From Mobula hypostoma (Eukaryota): DNA of 64,000 nt. The notes beneath the pieces are model-generated. The model did not search any database. It had not been told where the DNA came from and saw only the letters and a list, made by a program, of their open reading frames with translations. Positions 49,549 to 62,556 of the stretch are shown in pieces; the stretch's first letter is position 1, and the number at the start of each line of letters is the position of its first letter. The DNA lies in NCBI RefSeq assembly GCF_963921235.1, contig NC_086097.1, positions 35,962,001 to 36,026,000 of the forward strand. Reading direction: 5' to 3'. The position numbers and the translations under genes were made by a program.

Positions 49549-51827
49549 CAAATTATCCTATTCCTTCCTATTGTGTGTTGTCTTCAACTTGTCGGGCAGG
49601 AAAACTACATCCAGCCTTCTCGTCCCTGGAACGTAGATCACCTGAAGATAAGCAAGCTGACAGCCACATCACCCTTTGATCCTTAAGTAAGCTTCTCCAT
49701 CACAGCAGAAATGAAGTAAACAACCCGCTAAGTGACGGATAGGAGGAGCAGCCCCGCCCCCGCCACTACCGCCAACAATGGGACACCCAAAGCATCAACG
49801 TGAGCATTAGATTCCTCTCCAACCTCTGGTAGTGAAAGACTATCGTAATAAGTCTTCAATCAAATGCAACTTACATTTCAAAACTGATTCGATGCAATCC
49901 CATCCTTGCAATTCCAATTTTACCGCCACTAGAACCCAGCTTCACTTATCTGCTTCTCAATTCCATTTGCCGCCCTACAAAGATCTACAATTTTAGATCG
50001 CAAGATTAATAGAAACCATGTTCCAAACATCATCCCAATGCCTCGGCAGGAAGCAACAAGGGTCATTAAAGCGAATGTTAGCAATAGAAATTGTATTGTT
50101 ACTCTAAGCTGAATCCGGACAGGCTACACACGGTCAGCCGGGATTGTGGCTCATGCCGCTGCTGGCGCGTTCACCAGTTTAACATATGGGTAGGTAACGT
50201 CAAATCTGTTGACAACAACCTCCAGATTTTGCCGACGTTAAGCTCACGACCTGAAGTCCATACGGACGCTATTTCATATCTATGATACTTAGCATTTTCA
50301 CCGAGTCCACGACCAGCTAGGTTTAACTTCTCCTTGACGTTTGCGTGTTTAACTATTTTCACCGTGCCTTTTCGGAACTAAAAAGTATGAAGATCATTTT
50401 AAAATCCACCACCAGGTCTATCCTCTGTTACTGTAAGTATCTATTTGAACAATCCCTCACTGCACTGTAAGCTGGTCTGAAAATTATTTCACCAAATGGT
50501 CACCGATTGCCAGGGGACCAGGGCGGACAGCACCGTTGACAAAGTAATAACTGGGTCTCAGCAGCCAACACCTCGGGAGAAGGGCGAGCTTCGAGTATTT
50601 TGGTCAGTTGTATCACTACGTGTCTCTAGGGGTCAGAATCTGATAGTTACAGGTCAGGGCGCTGAGTCGCATTACTTGGCGGATGCGAGTTCCAAGTTAC
50701 ATTTGTACAAGCAGTAACTAATCTTGCAGTTCACAGGCTGTCAGTTCCAGCAGAGTAAAGGGATAGCAGTACTTGATCTCCACGCTCCAGGCTGCGAGGT
50801 AAGTCTCGGACTGCTTCCAGACCACAGACTCACTGTACACACGACTGTACCGAGTTCTGTTTCTTTCAATGTGGTGACTTAATTGTTTTTCCCCCACTCA
50901 GGGTAACTGATTCACTTCCAGAGGAAAGATGGTCTGACCTCTTTCCTTTTACCCGAATATTATGCGCTGCAGTCAAAATCTGGAACAAAATTTTAAACAC
51001 CATAGGACTAGACTTTGAAGGTAAAGGCGATAATAAATAACAGTTAAGAACGAGAAATTATTAAATGATGATAAACGCCAGGATCATATCAGGTTTCTGA
51101 CAATCAGCTGCTCAATAGAACATGAAATATTTACCCCTTCTGTCTTGGCAAATACTAGAAATAATGGAATAGAACGTGCAACGGGGTTAAGTACTATATA
51201 TGAGAAGAACTGTAGTGGGAGAGTTCTGTAAGAGGCTCGGGTCGATTTCCTTGAATTTAAATTGTCAGAAAATCTTTGAAATATAAAAAAAAATTGTTCG
51301 CTTTTCTCCCTTTCCAAAACCAGGACTCCAATGGCTAGCAGAAGAAGGCTTTCTTTAAAAAAATAAGGAAGCCGGCTTTTCACATTAGGTTCACGCACTT
51401 TGGTCTGAACGCCGCTCACTGAGACGCCCGGCAACACGCAGCGACTTAGCATAAGTCGAAGACTTAGTTACAACTGTATATATCTATGTAAATATGATTT
51501 AAAAAAGAGAAACGGTTACAACCCGATATTCGTCAAGGACTGGAAACTGTTACAGCCCGCAAAGCGGCACTGGCAGGGAGGAGACTGAAGACGGATTTCA
51601 AAGTCGCAACTGAAGCATGCAAAGACTTCTAAAATCTTCCCTTTCCCGCCTATCCTTACCTGGAGATTTTAAACGAATGATCCTAATTGCAAAATAAAAA
51701 CAGAGACAATTGGCTACTGTCGGCTAGTCCCAATAATGCAAATTGGAGGTTGTTATATCAACTTTAGTTTTACCCATAACGTCTCGCCAATTTCCTGCAG
51801 GTAACTCTTGTCGATGTTGAGAATTAC

Positions 51828-52260
51828 CTTGTCAATGACACAGCTAACGAAGGGAGATCCTAAGCGAGGAGCGGGTGGGATTGATCCTCTGACCGGACCC
51901 CCGTTCCAGTGCTTCTTGGTGGCGCGCTGAAGCCGGGTCTCCCCCCTCCTGTGTCCTGCCTGGGGGGAAGTGTCCCGGTGGCCGCCCTCCGTCCTGGCTT
52001 GTCAGCGACAGTCTGTAATCTGTTAATGAAGACAGGCGTGAAACTCACAGCGGAGCCGCAGCCTCCCTGCCGATTGGCGAGCCGAGCTTGACTGTTTCCA
52101 AGCGAGTTGCTAGGAGCTTGTTGACGCTCTCCGTATCTCAGGTACAGCCGGGTCGGCGGGGCGGGGGGGTGGGGAGGTGAGCTCTTTCCGCCCAGTTACT
52201 CTGAGGTGGATGGAGAAAGCCGAGGGGATCCGCAGGTACAGTGGCGCCCAACCACCTTCT
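51828..52260. promoter_or_regulatory. CpG-rich promoter region, probably bidirectional; candidate non-coding first exon of the SERTAD4-like gene
   Basis: This is a GC/CpG-rich, repeat-free stretch. It has a CCAAT box on the minus strand (ATTGG at about 52073-52077), a GC box GGGGCGGGG at about 52157-52166 and an RFX-like half site GTTGCTAGG. Minus-strand donors are AAG|gtaatt (51827) and CAG|gtaagg (51659); plus-strand donors are at 52142, 52177 and 52236. Confidence 0.6.
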
Positions 52261-54242
52261 TATAATCTGCTACTTAACACTTTATCTTAAATAAAGAATA
52301 AAACCTGATGCTTTCTGATCATTCCCCCGCAACGCAACAAATGCTGCAAACAGATCCTTCGGACGGACAATGTGCGCTGTTTAATAAGTTACTTGTAAGA
52401 TGCATCGAAGCGATTATTTCCAGGAAGCTCTCTCTCTCAGTAAAGGGTGCGCATCGAGAATACCGTGTGTATTTGTAAGGCTCCTAAACCTGTCTGAGTT
52501 TTGCTCCCAGCCCGAGCTAATGGCAGGTATGGAGCATGCAGCATAAACGGTGGTGTCAAGTACAACAATTCACTGGGAAGGGTGCAAGCATGCTCTGAGG
52601 ACCGATTGTGCATCTGTCGCGGCGTGCGCCGACAGTGCTGTGCACAAACACCGCAGTCGCCGATTTCCACGGATGAGCTGACGCACCAGCTTTAATGAGC
52701 CCTACTGATGAAAGCGGGAGCGGGCTCTTTCCTCTCAATTAATTCTGACCGTTAATACACTCAAGTGGCTATTATCATATCTTCAGGCTCTGAGTCCAAG
52801 CGGTCCTAACCTGCACCGTGGCTGTGATCATTATATAGCCACTGAACACTTTACGTGATTTCCCGGGCCAGACCTCCAGTCATCTCGAACACCCGGTCTC
52901 TTCGCCAATATGTGGCCCCAGGGTAGCGCTCTACTCCCCAGTGTCCCCCGTCCATTTGATATCCCTCGTGGAGTACCCTTGTAGCCCTCCTCGTCTTCTG
53001 ACCTCCAGTCTTGCTCCTTTCGCCTGTCCAGTGGCTTCCACTTGGTCAGTTGCCAGGATGAGATTTAAGGTAGTTTATTCTGTGGTCTTTTCCTAAACAA
53101 CGCGGGAGCAAAAGTGTCAAATGAGAAGAAAAGAAGAAAAGCCAAGGAAACCTTATTATAGAGCCCGTCTGATATAGTTATTGGCACGCTCCAGGATGCT
53201 TAGGACTTTATATTCCAGACGTATTACTGTAGGAAACACCGGCGAATGACAATAAAATAATAATACTGGTTTGTATCCCTCCCCTCCCCTCCCCCTCCCC
53301 CACCCCCACACTCCTTCTATTCTAGTTTCTTCCCCCTTCCTTTCCAGTCCTGATGAGGGGTCGCTGCCCTAAATATTGACTGCTTATTCCCCTCTATAAG
53401 TGTCCCAGAATTTTTCTGCGTTTATTAAATAAAAATATCTCAACCATTTCCTGAACACCTGAAACCAGGAGTGCCCAGGATTCTCAGTAACTTGTTGTTG
53501 GCTCTCTCACCTTGTTGGCTGACCGATGGATTGAGTATTTATACCATCGTTTTTATTTGATTTAGTTATTGGATGCATATTGGTGTGTATTGAAAATTTG
53601 CCACTGAATTTCCATAATGGAAATATTTCTTGATTCTGAACCATGTGCCAAAAGGTATCACTCATACATAAGGTGGGCCATATTTTAATTGGTCAGTAAC
53701 CTCACATGTTGGTCTTGCCTGATTGGACATGGATAACAATTAATGTATGTTTAACGTTGTTACTGTTTCAACCTGTCGGTCAATGAATAAAAGTTCCTAC
53801 TGCCCAGTCTGCTTAGAATTATAGAATCACAGAAAATTAAGGAGCTCATTGGGCCTATCACATCTTTGTTGAATGAACTTGGTCAGTCACCCCACAAGTC
53901 ACAACCTTCAGCTTCAAGTCTGGTGGGAGTGTCAGCCTCTGTCACCTTTGCAGACAGTAAATCCGAAATCCTTGCCGCTCTCTGGGTAACTTGCTTTCCC
54001 TCACCTAAGCCCTCTAGTCATTTTAAACACATGCCATGAGATTCTGATCCCTATTTTACGGGGGAAACAGCTTTTGATTTATCATGGCAGATCACAACTC
54101 CCTCCCCCCCAGCTTCTCTCTTTTCAAAAGAAATAGCCCTAGTTTTAGCACAAAGACCAGAAAATCTGCAGATGTTGGAAATCCAAAGCAACACACACCG
54201 AATGCCGTTCTGAAAGGAGTTCATCTTTTCATCATTTTTTCC

Positions 54243-54278
54243 AGTCCTGAAGAAGGGTCTAGACCTGAAACGTTGACT
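54243..54278 (+). ncRNA. Minimal type I hammerhead ribozyme motif (Penelope pLTR, about 54150-54380)
   Basis: The sequence reads AGTC-CTGAAGA-AGGG tctaga CCT-GAAA-CGTT-GACT. Confidence 0.65.
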
Positions 54279-54399
54279 GTTTACTCTTTCCTATAGTTGC
54301 TGCCTGACCATCTGAGTTCCTCTAGTATTTTGGGTGGGTTGCTTTGGATTTCCAGCGCATCTGCAGACTTTCTGGAGTTTATGATTTACCTTTCATTTC

Positions 54400-56720
54400 T
54401 CAGAATTAAAATTCACTTTCCACGTTTCTGTTCAATGAATCACACAGCCTATATTGGCCACTAGTCCAAAGCTTTCCTGCATACAGTCATCCACACAGAC
54501 AATTTTTGTACCGTATCTTAACTAACTGTTAATCCCCTGTCAATCAGGCCTAAAGACAGGGGGACTGAGTACTGAATCTCGTGGAACCCTGTTGGTAACA
54601 ACATTTCAGCCACAAACATATCCCTCAAACATAGCCCTTTATCTCCTTTCACTGAATCTGTTTTGGACCCCATTTGCCATAATTCTTTAGATCCCCTCCA
54701 CTTTTACTATTATTGTCAAAAGCTTTGTTGCAATCCACATAATCTATCATCAAATCATTTTAAAGCATCCTCATAAAATTGAATCAAGTTACTCAAACAT
54801 GACCTTTCCTTAGTAATTCCATGTTGACTTTGCTTGACTAATCAGTGTCTTTCTAACTATCACATCATATTTCCTTGCAAGATAGAAGGAAGTCATTTGG
54901 CTCATCAATTTTATGCCAGGACTTAGGATTCTCCATCCATTTCCCCACTATTTCCATGTAACCACCAATGCTAAAGTCATCAGACTAAAATTATTCGATT
55001 TCTCCTTTCTATACAAGAGGACAATATTGACAGTCCTCCTATCTTACAACCAGGACAACCAGAGGTTGGCTCACCCTCTGTAACCCACATCCCCTGAATG
55101 AGGAAGAAGTTCTGTAGCTAGAGAGGATTATAAAATAAAGGTCAGAACATCTGCACATTTTTTCTCTCTTATTTGTTTTAACTTCTGAATTATATTTCAT
55201 TAGGGTCTGGCAATTTATCCACATTATGAATGATGACACTCCTTAATGCATCCTCGTGTACTGTCTTTATACTATGCAATATTTAATATTTTCATCCAGC
55301 ACCAGTATTTTATGAAAATAATAGCAAAATATTAATTAGGTACCCTACGTGCATCCTCTGACTGCACACGAAGGTCATCTTTTAGGCCCCTGATATGCCC
55401 TTTTGTCTGTTTGCTCTTTATAACTTACAGAACTTCTTTCAATTTTCTCTGAATGCCTAGCTTTGAGCTGGACATTGATAAATGGCTACTCCCCATTTTC
55501 ATTTACTTTCTCCTGATACTTTGAAAATCATTCATCAGCGGTTCAAGCACTTTAAACTTTTACACACTTTTCAAAAATTACTCTATTTTCCCACCTCATT
55601 CAATTAATAAAGCTTGAAGCTGATCAGTTATCACAATATAAAAAGTGGAGAGAACCAAAATTACAAAAAATGAACATGAAACTACTAAAATTAAAGCAAG
55701 GAATTATGACATGAATTTTTGACAACTGGGAAACAATTTAGTGTGACATAAATTTTGTGTTAAAACAGCCTGAGGAAGACTTCCACTTCATTATTAAAAT
55801 AAACCTGTACCAAAATGATGCAGTTTACCTATAAGCCATTATTTATGTTTTAATAAGGTGTCCCTTGTGGCTCTTGGGAAGATGATGGGGAGCCAGCTTC
55901 TTGAACCACTGCAGAACCTTTGGTAAATATGCTTCCACAAAGGTACTGCATAGGGAGCTCCAGGAGCTGGAGCATTAAATGAATGGCCAGATATCAGCTT
56001 GTGTGGAGAACCTGCAGGTGAAGGTTTTCCTATGTGTCCTTCCTCCCTTTTCTTATTCAAAGTTGAGAGTATGTTTATTATCAAAGTACATATATGTCAC
56101 CATGTACTGCTTTGGGATTCATTGTGCCTTCTCAGTGACACCAGCAGTGAGAAGAGAGCACGGGCTGGTGGTGGGGGACCTTGATGACAGATGCTATTTT
56201 TTTTGCAGCAGCACTCCTTGTAGATGTGCTCAGTAGTGGGGATGGCTTTGCCTGTGATGGACTGGGCTACATCCACCACTTTTGTAGGTTTTTCTGTTCT
56301 TGGACATTGATGTTTCCATGTCAGGCCATATTCTATAGTGATGGCAGGGGAGCCTGTTTGCAAGGTGCTTTGGGAGTGGTATATGTGAGTAATTTCAGAG
56401 CACTTTGTAGACCATGTACAATGCTTATGCTGTGGAGGGAATGAAGATTTATGTTGGGGACCAGCCAAGCAGATAGCTTTTTCCTGGATTGTGTATAGAG
56501 TTGCTGGAGCCGGTCTCATCCAGACAAGCAGAGAGTATTCCATTATGCTCCTGACGTGTTTTGTACATGGTGGAAGGGCTTTATGGTATCAAGAGATGAG
56601 TCATGGTTTAGAGCATGTTGTCCTTCAATTAGTTCTTCATTGTTTATGGTGTCTGCTGCAGAACACAGCTGCCACTGTGAAAGGTGTTGCAAGTATAGGT
56701 CTGAAGAACGTTTTTTTTCT
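54400..56720 (-). mobile_element. Block of old, highly decayed LINE fragments (CR1-like, plus a Rex1 3' piece at about 56055-56330)
   Basis: Scattered RT-like and 3'-end remnants lie on the minus strand. 56055-56330 is homologous to 58115-58700. Confidence 0.5.
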
Positions 56721-57531
56721 TCTTGCAAAGCTAGATACAATCACAGGTTTACTTGTAAAATAATACATTCTATTTAATATGGATAAAACATATTCCTAAA
56801 ATGCAATTAAATATCTGGCCTTTGGCGTGCAGTTGTACCTGAGATGATTTCTTGTATGTGATGTCAGGATTGATGGATTTTTCCATAGTTACGATGTTAG
56901 CATTTGCTACAAATAGAAATTCTGTTATCATACCAGTGATGACTCACATTTGAGCAAACAGAAAATTATGGATTAACTAAATACCCACAGCTTGACTTAA
57001 GTGTTTCTGTGTGTGGAATTCAACCAAACCAAATTGCTTTCCATTTTCTTCTCTTATAGATAATTACTATTTCAGCTGTTGCATACAAGTTCACAACCCT
57101 GACCCAAGAATACAATTTCCTTGCATATTCATAATGATGCTGCCAAACGCACTGAACCATTGCCAAGCCATTGGCTGATTGCACTCACAGATTGCAGGAC
57201 ACAATGTGATCATCCTCTTGGTGGTAATGCAAGCCACTGGTGATGTCCTTGTAACATAATATTTTGCAAAATGAAAAGGGAGTGTTTTTATCCGACAAGA
57301 GTGCAGCCATGGTAGTTTCAATTTGATTATCAGTCATTGTTCACTACTACAGGTGATTGACAGATTGTAATATATAAACATGTCCGACACAATTTACTGC
57401 AGAAACGTAGAGTTTTACAGGAAGAGCTAATACAGAAGGTGGCCCAATAGAATTATGTCTATTCCCCAAGGAGATACCCAATGTTACATTTTGCAATGAC
57501 TTCTGACAGCAGAAACAAAAGATAATGTCAT

Positions 57532-57972
57532 CATGAGAAAACCTGTAGATGCTGGAATTTTAAGCAACACACATAAAAGTTGCCGGTGAACGCAGCAGGC
57601 CAGGCAGCATCTCTAGGAAGAGGTACAGTTGACATTTCAGGCCAAGACCCTTCGTCAGGACTAACTGAAAGAAGAGCGAGTAAGAGATTTGAAAGTGGGA
57701 GGGGCAGGGGGAGGTCCGAAATGATAGGAGAAGACAGGAGGGGGAGGGATGGAGCTAAGAGCTGGACAGGTGATTGGCAAAAGGGATATGAGATGATCAT
57801 GGGACAAAGGATAGGGAGAAAGAAAAGGGGGAGGGGGAAGCCCAGAGGATGTGCAAGGGGTATAGTGAGAGGGCCAGAGGGAGAAAAAGGAGAGAGAGAA
57901 AAAGAACGTGTGTATATAAATAAATAACGGGTGGGGTACAAGGGGGAGGTGGGGCATTAGCGGAAGTTTGAG
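57532..57972 (-). mobile_element. Penelope pLTR insertion
   Basis: A perfect 13-bp TSD AAGATAATGTCAT lies at 57519-57531 and 57973-57985. A hammerhead-like motif is at 57627-57662. Confidence 0.85.
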
Positions 57973-58114
57973 AAGATAATGTCATGGAGGACTGAATATA
58001 AACAAGCTATGCAAAATGCATAAATAATCAGTGTCTTTTCTCAAAGTGATGCATTACGTCTGATGGTGGCTTCATCAGGAACACATGGCCATGTTGCAAA
58101 AGAATACTGTGCAA

Positions 58115-59340
58115 TTTCAAAGTTCAAAATAAATTTATTATCAAAGTACATATATGTCACCATATGCAATCCCAAGATTCATTTTCTTGTGGATATACTC
58201 AATAAATCCAAGAGCCATAATAGAAACAATGAAAGACGGTACTCTACAGGACAAACAACCGATGCGCAAAAGACAACAAACTGTGCAATTACAAAAGAAA
58301 TAGAAATAAGTAATATTAATAAATGAGCAATAAATATCAAGAGCAAAAGTGAGTCCATGGGTTGTGGGAACAGTTCAGTGATGGGGCAAGTGAAGTTGAG
58401 TGAAGTTATCCCCTCTCGTTCAAGAGCCTGATGGTTGAGGGGAAATAACTGTCCCTGAACCTGGTGGTGGGAGTCCTGAGGCTCCTGTACCCTGTTTCTT
58501 GTGGCAGCAGTGAGAAGAAAGAATGGCCTGGGTGGTGGGGGTCCCTGATAATGGATGGTGCTTTCCAAAGACAGCACTCCCAAGACAGTCCTCAATGGTG
58601 GGGAGGGCTCTACCCATGCTGGACTGGGCCATATTCTCCACTTCTTGTAGAATCTTCCATTCAAGAGCATTAGTGTTTCCATTCCAGCATGTGATGCAAC
58701 CAGTCAATATACACTCCACCACACATCTACAGAAATTGGCCAAAGTTTTAGGTGTCATGCTGAATCTTTACTACTTTATATTTTTTTGTCACCAAACAAT
58801 TGATACTAGAATGTACAATCATCACAGCGATATTTGATTCTGCGCTTCCCGCTCCCTGGATTACAAATTGATAGTAAATATTAAAAATTTAAATTATAAA
58901 TCATAAATAGAAAATAGAAAAATGGAAAGTAAGGTAGTGCAAAAAAAAAGCCGAGAGGCAGGTCTGGATATTTGGAGGGTACGGCCCAGATCCAGGTCAG
59001 GATCCGTTCAGCTGTCTGATCACAGTTGGAAAGAAGCTGTTCCCAAATCTGGCCGTATGAGTCTTCAAGCTCCTGAGCCTTCTCCCGGAGGGAAGAGGGA
59101 CGAAAAGTGTGTTGGCTGGGTGGATCGTGACCTTGATTATCCTGGCAGCACTGCTCCGACAGCGTGCCATGTAAAGTGAGTCCAAGGACGGAAGGTTGGG
59201 TTGTGTGATGTGCTGCACCGTGTTCACGATCTTCTACAGCTTCTTCTGGTCTTGGACAAGACAACTTCCATACCAGGTTGTGAATCTTCGTAAGCTTCTA
59301 AGGAAGTAGAGACATTGCTACGCTTTCTTCATAATTGCAC
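58115..59340 (-). mobile_element. Rex1/Babar 3' fragment with a second Rex1-family 3' fragment nested at 58769-59280
   Basis: The host encodes TPKTLANFCRCVVECILTGCITCW and the insert encodes LPSGRRLRSLKTHTARFGNSFFPTVIRQLN. The TSD TGAATCTT lies at 58761-58768 and 59281-59288. Confidence 0.85.
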
Positions 59341-59585
59341 TCAGTTTGAGATGTTGCTGCCGTTGCAGACCGACTGTGGTCTTCCTGTCAAGAAGTCCAA
59401 GATCAAGTTCCAGAAAGGGGTATTGAGTCCCAATGAGGACAGTTTACCTGCCAGCCTCTGAGGGATGATCATGTTATACGCTGAGCTGAAGTCAATGAAC
59501 AACATCCTGGTGTACGAGGCATTTTTTTCTAAGTGGGACAGGATGGAGTAGAGATGAGACAGTGGTCAGCATATTTTGGTTAAAG

Positions 59586-61785
59586 CAGTGATTCCCAAGG
59601 GGGGCGGTTACGTGTCCTAAGGGGATGTTAGGGGAAATAGAAGTCATCTGGAGGGGGGGGTCAATAAGCGGCACCCTAACTTGAGGCACGAGATCTGACC
59701 AATCATTTCAATTCGCTGCAGTTGTCAACATCCAATACGCACTCCCAATTTGTGTTAATTTTTTATTTTAATTTAGCCCCGTTAATGATGGACAAATACG
59801 TATGGCGTGATCTCTAAGAGACTGAAGGCTGTGAAACCTTGAATTCTAATCCTGCTAAGAAAAAGAAACTACAGAAAGTGCAACAATATAATGTTACAAA
59901 CCCAGAGTATGATTCTGTTCCTGTCAGATCAGCAACGCCCTATGTATCTTATTTGTAATGCTGTACTGTCTAATGAAGCCATGAAACCATCAAGATTGCA
60001 GGAACACTTCTGTAAAAGACACTCTGAAAAGGCCACTTATGGTATTACTCAGTTCCAGAATATGAAAGCATTTGATAATTGTTACTTTTGAGTCATTTGC
60101 CAAGAAAGCTAAAAATGACCTTGATAGTGGTCTCATTGCTTCAGATAACATTTCCAAACTGATAGCAAAGTGTGGAAAGTCTCATACAATTAATGAAAGA
60201 TTAATAATGCCTGCTGTGTCAGAAGTGTTCACCACTATTCTCAAAATGGATACCAGTATCTTAAAATCAATTTCTCTGAGTAATAACTCTGTAGCTTGTT
60301 TTATTGATGAAATTCGTGAAGACATTGAGTATCAACAATGCACAGAGCTACAAAAAGCAGAATTTGAGAGACAACTGGATGAGTCAACTGTGCGAGACAA
60401 TGAGGCATTGCTAATGGCATATGTACGGTTTATCAAAAATGGAAAAGTTAATGAAGAGATTCTATTTTGTAAAAAGTTGAAACAAATATTAACTAAGAAT
60501 CAATCTACAACAAGCAAAGTGTGTACTGAGGATAAAAGTATTTGGATTAAGAACATCTTTCTGCAATAGATGGAGCACCAACAGGTCACCATGCTGGTTT
60601 GGTGGCATTTATGAAAAAAGAAACCCCAAGTCTGTTTGCAATCCATTGTATAATTCATCGTCAACATCTCGCAGCCAAAAACCTCAGCCAGTGACTTTTT
60701 TCAAGCATGACTCTTGTAATATCTGCTATCAGCAAAATTACATCTCATCCATTAAACAGTAGAATATTTTGCCAGTTATGCTAAGATACCGATGAAGAGT
60801 TTGAACGTTTGCTTCTTCACACTGAAGTGCCTTGGCTGTCAAAAGGCTGCTGCTTAAAACATTTCTTTGGTCTTTTTGAAACTATCGTTGAATTTTTGCT
60901 CAAGGTACACAAGAGCTTAGAAAAAAAAATTGAACCTATGTGGAGATTTGGCATACCTAGCTGATCTGTATGACAAAATGAACATTCTAAATATGAAACT
61001 GCAAGGTGAGAATTTCAATTCAATCCAGGCAAAAAGTGCAGTGTCCACTTTTATTAGAAAATTAGAAATATGTAAACAAAACATTGGGAGAAGAATTTTC
61101 ACATAGCTTCCCTGAATGGAAAGTATGGCACTCTCTTTCACAGATGGTGATTTGCAAGAGTTCTGCTTACATCTGCAGTCATTGAAGAAGGATTTTCAGA
61201 ATCAGTTCAAGGATTTGAACGACCAAGAAATTCCAGACTGGGTAATGAACCCATTTCTTTGCAAGGTGGAAGAACAGGAAGAGAGCTTTCAAGAAGAAAT
61301 GATCAAAGTTCAGAATGATGGTGAAGCAAAAATGCTTTTCAAAAATGTTGGCTTTGTGGTATGTGGCCACACTGTCATACGAAGTTTCCTGGTCTTTGGA
61401 GAAGAGCCAAACTGCTCTTCATTGCATTTCCATCCTCCTACCTTGTTGAAAGAGGCTTCACTGCAGTGAACCACACGCTCACAAAAATCAGAAACCACTT
61501 TGACATTGTTATACATGGGGACTTCTGCTGTCACAACTTGAACCAGATATTTCAACTCTTGCTAAAAACCATCAAGCTCAAGGATCACATTGACATTGAA
61601 GTTGCTGTACAGTACACAGGTACTGTGTAAGCTAGGCTTAAAGACAAATAAAAAGTTAAAGGAGAATCATTTTTCTCATGTTAGCATATGATAGACATGA
61701 AAGTGTTTTGTGCTTAACGGGGGGTGTTGGCAAGTATGAAGGTGCTTTGGGGGCGGCATTGGGCTAAAATGTTTAGGAAACACTG
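59586..61785 (+). mobile_element. Near full-length hAT Charlie/Buster (ZBED5/SCAND3-like) transposon with a pseudogenised transposase
   Basis: TIRs are CAGTGATTCCCAA ... TTAGGAAACACTG and the TSD is GGTTAAAG/ATTTAAAG. Motifs run from the BED-like CNAVLSNEAMKPSRLQEHF through QLDESTV, DGAP, IHCIIHRQHL and LLHTEVPWLSKG to FPSSYLVERGF, broken by stops and frameshifts. Confidence 0.9.
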
Positions 61786-62471
61786 ATTTAAAGCAAAGGA
61801 AATCAAACAGCAGTTCACTCGAGGCAAAAACAAAATCAAGCAGCTGACTCTGTTGTAAGCAACATGTTACATGATGTGTCCTGTCATACACAGGAGGAAG
61901 GTCGACCCTGGGCATGTTACAATAGCAAGTCCACTTTTACAAGAGTAAGCAACAGTCGGAAAAAAAAGTGGAATGTTTAAATGGATCAGCTGAAATGTCC
62001 AGCAAAAAACCAGCTCTAATGTTCAGAGTTTGAGAATGTCGAGTTATAATCCTCCCTTTGGGATAACAGGCCATTTGTCTAACTTGTCAAAATTGTCAAA
62101 GGGTATGCACAGTTTTAGGGATATTGCCTGGAATCCGCTTTTGGGCCTGAAGCAGTTATTATCTCAGTGCCTTGTATTGATACTTGGTACTAGGAAACAG
62201 GGATATGATATACATGTGTAAAAGCTGCCCACACAAGCAACACAACTGCAAGTTCTTGAGATGATCAGAAACCAGCGGAAGAGTTCTGCCACACATGAAA
62301 CAAAGGATTGATTAGAATAATTTACCATGTTCATATGCAAAATGAATTAATTTGAGTGATTCTTTGTGGGTTTTTGAATCATTGCTATCAACTTTCTCTG
62401 TTCATTGCTGCAGGTCAGGATTGAACAGGAGAAAAAGGCTTGCTATCAGGCAATCAGAAGTAATTGTTGCC

Positions 62472-62556
62472 ATGGGCACAGAGTACAAGAGGATCGCCAA
62501 AGTGCATCATGGGCATGTGCCACAGAGTAATGGGAGCTACAAACTGTTACTGTCAG
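62472..62556 (+). CDS. Candidate first coding exon of an unidentified plus-strand gene (MGTEYKRIAKVHHGHVPQSNGSYKLLLS|G); exon 62414-62556
   Basis: There is a pyrimidine-rich acceptor actttctctgttcattgctgcag| ending at 62413 and a strong Kozak GCCATGG with ATG at 62472. The frame is open to a CAG|gtaaag donor (phase 1), and the sequence is non-repetitive. I do not recognise the protein. Confidence 0.5.

Noticed and set aside
62466..62479. RFX X-box-like GTTGCCATGGGCAC
   Set aside because: The match is imperfect and coincides with the Kozak ATG, which explains it more simply.
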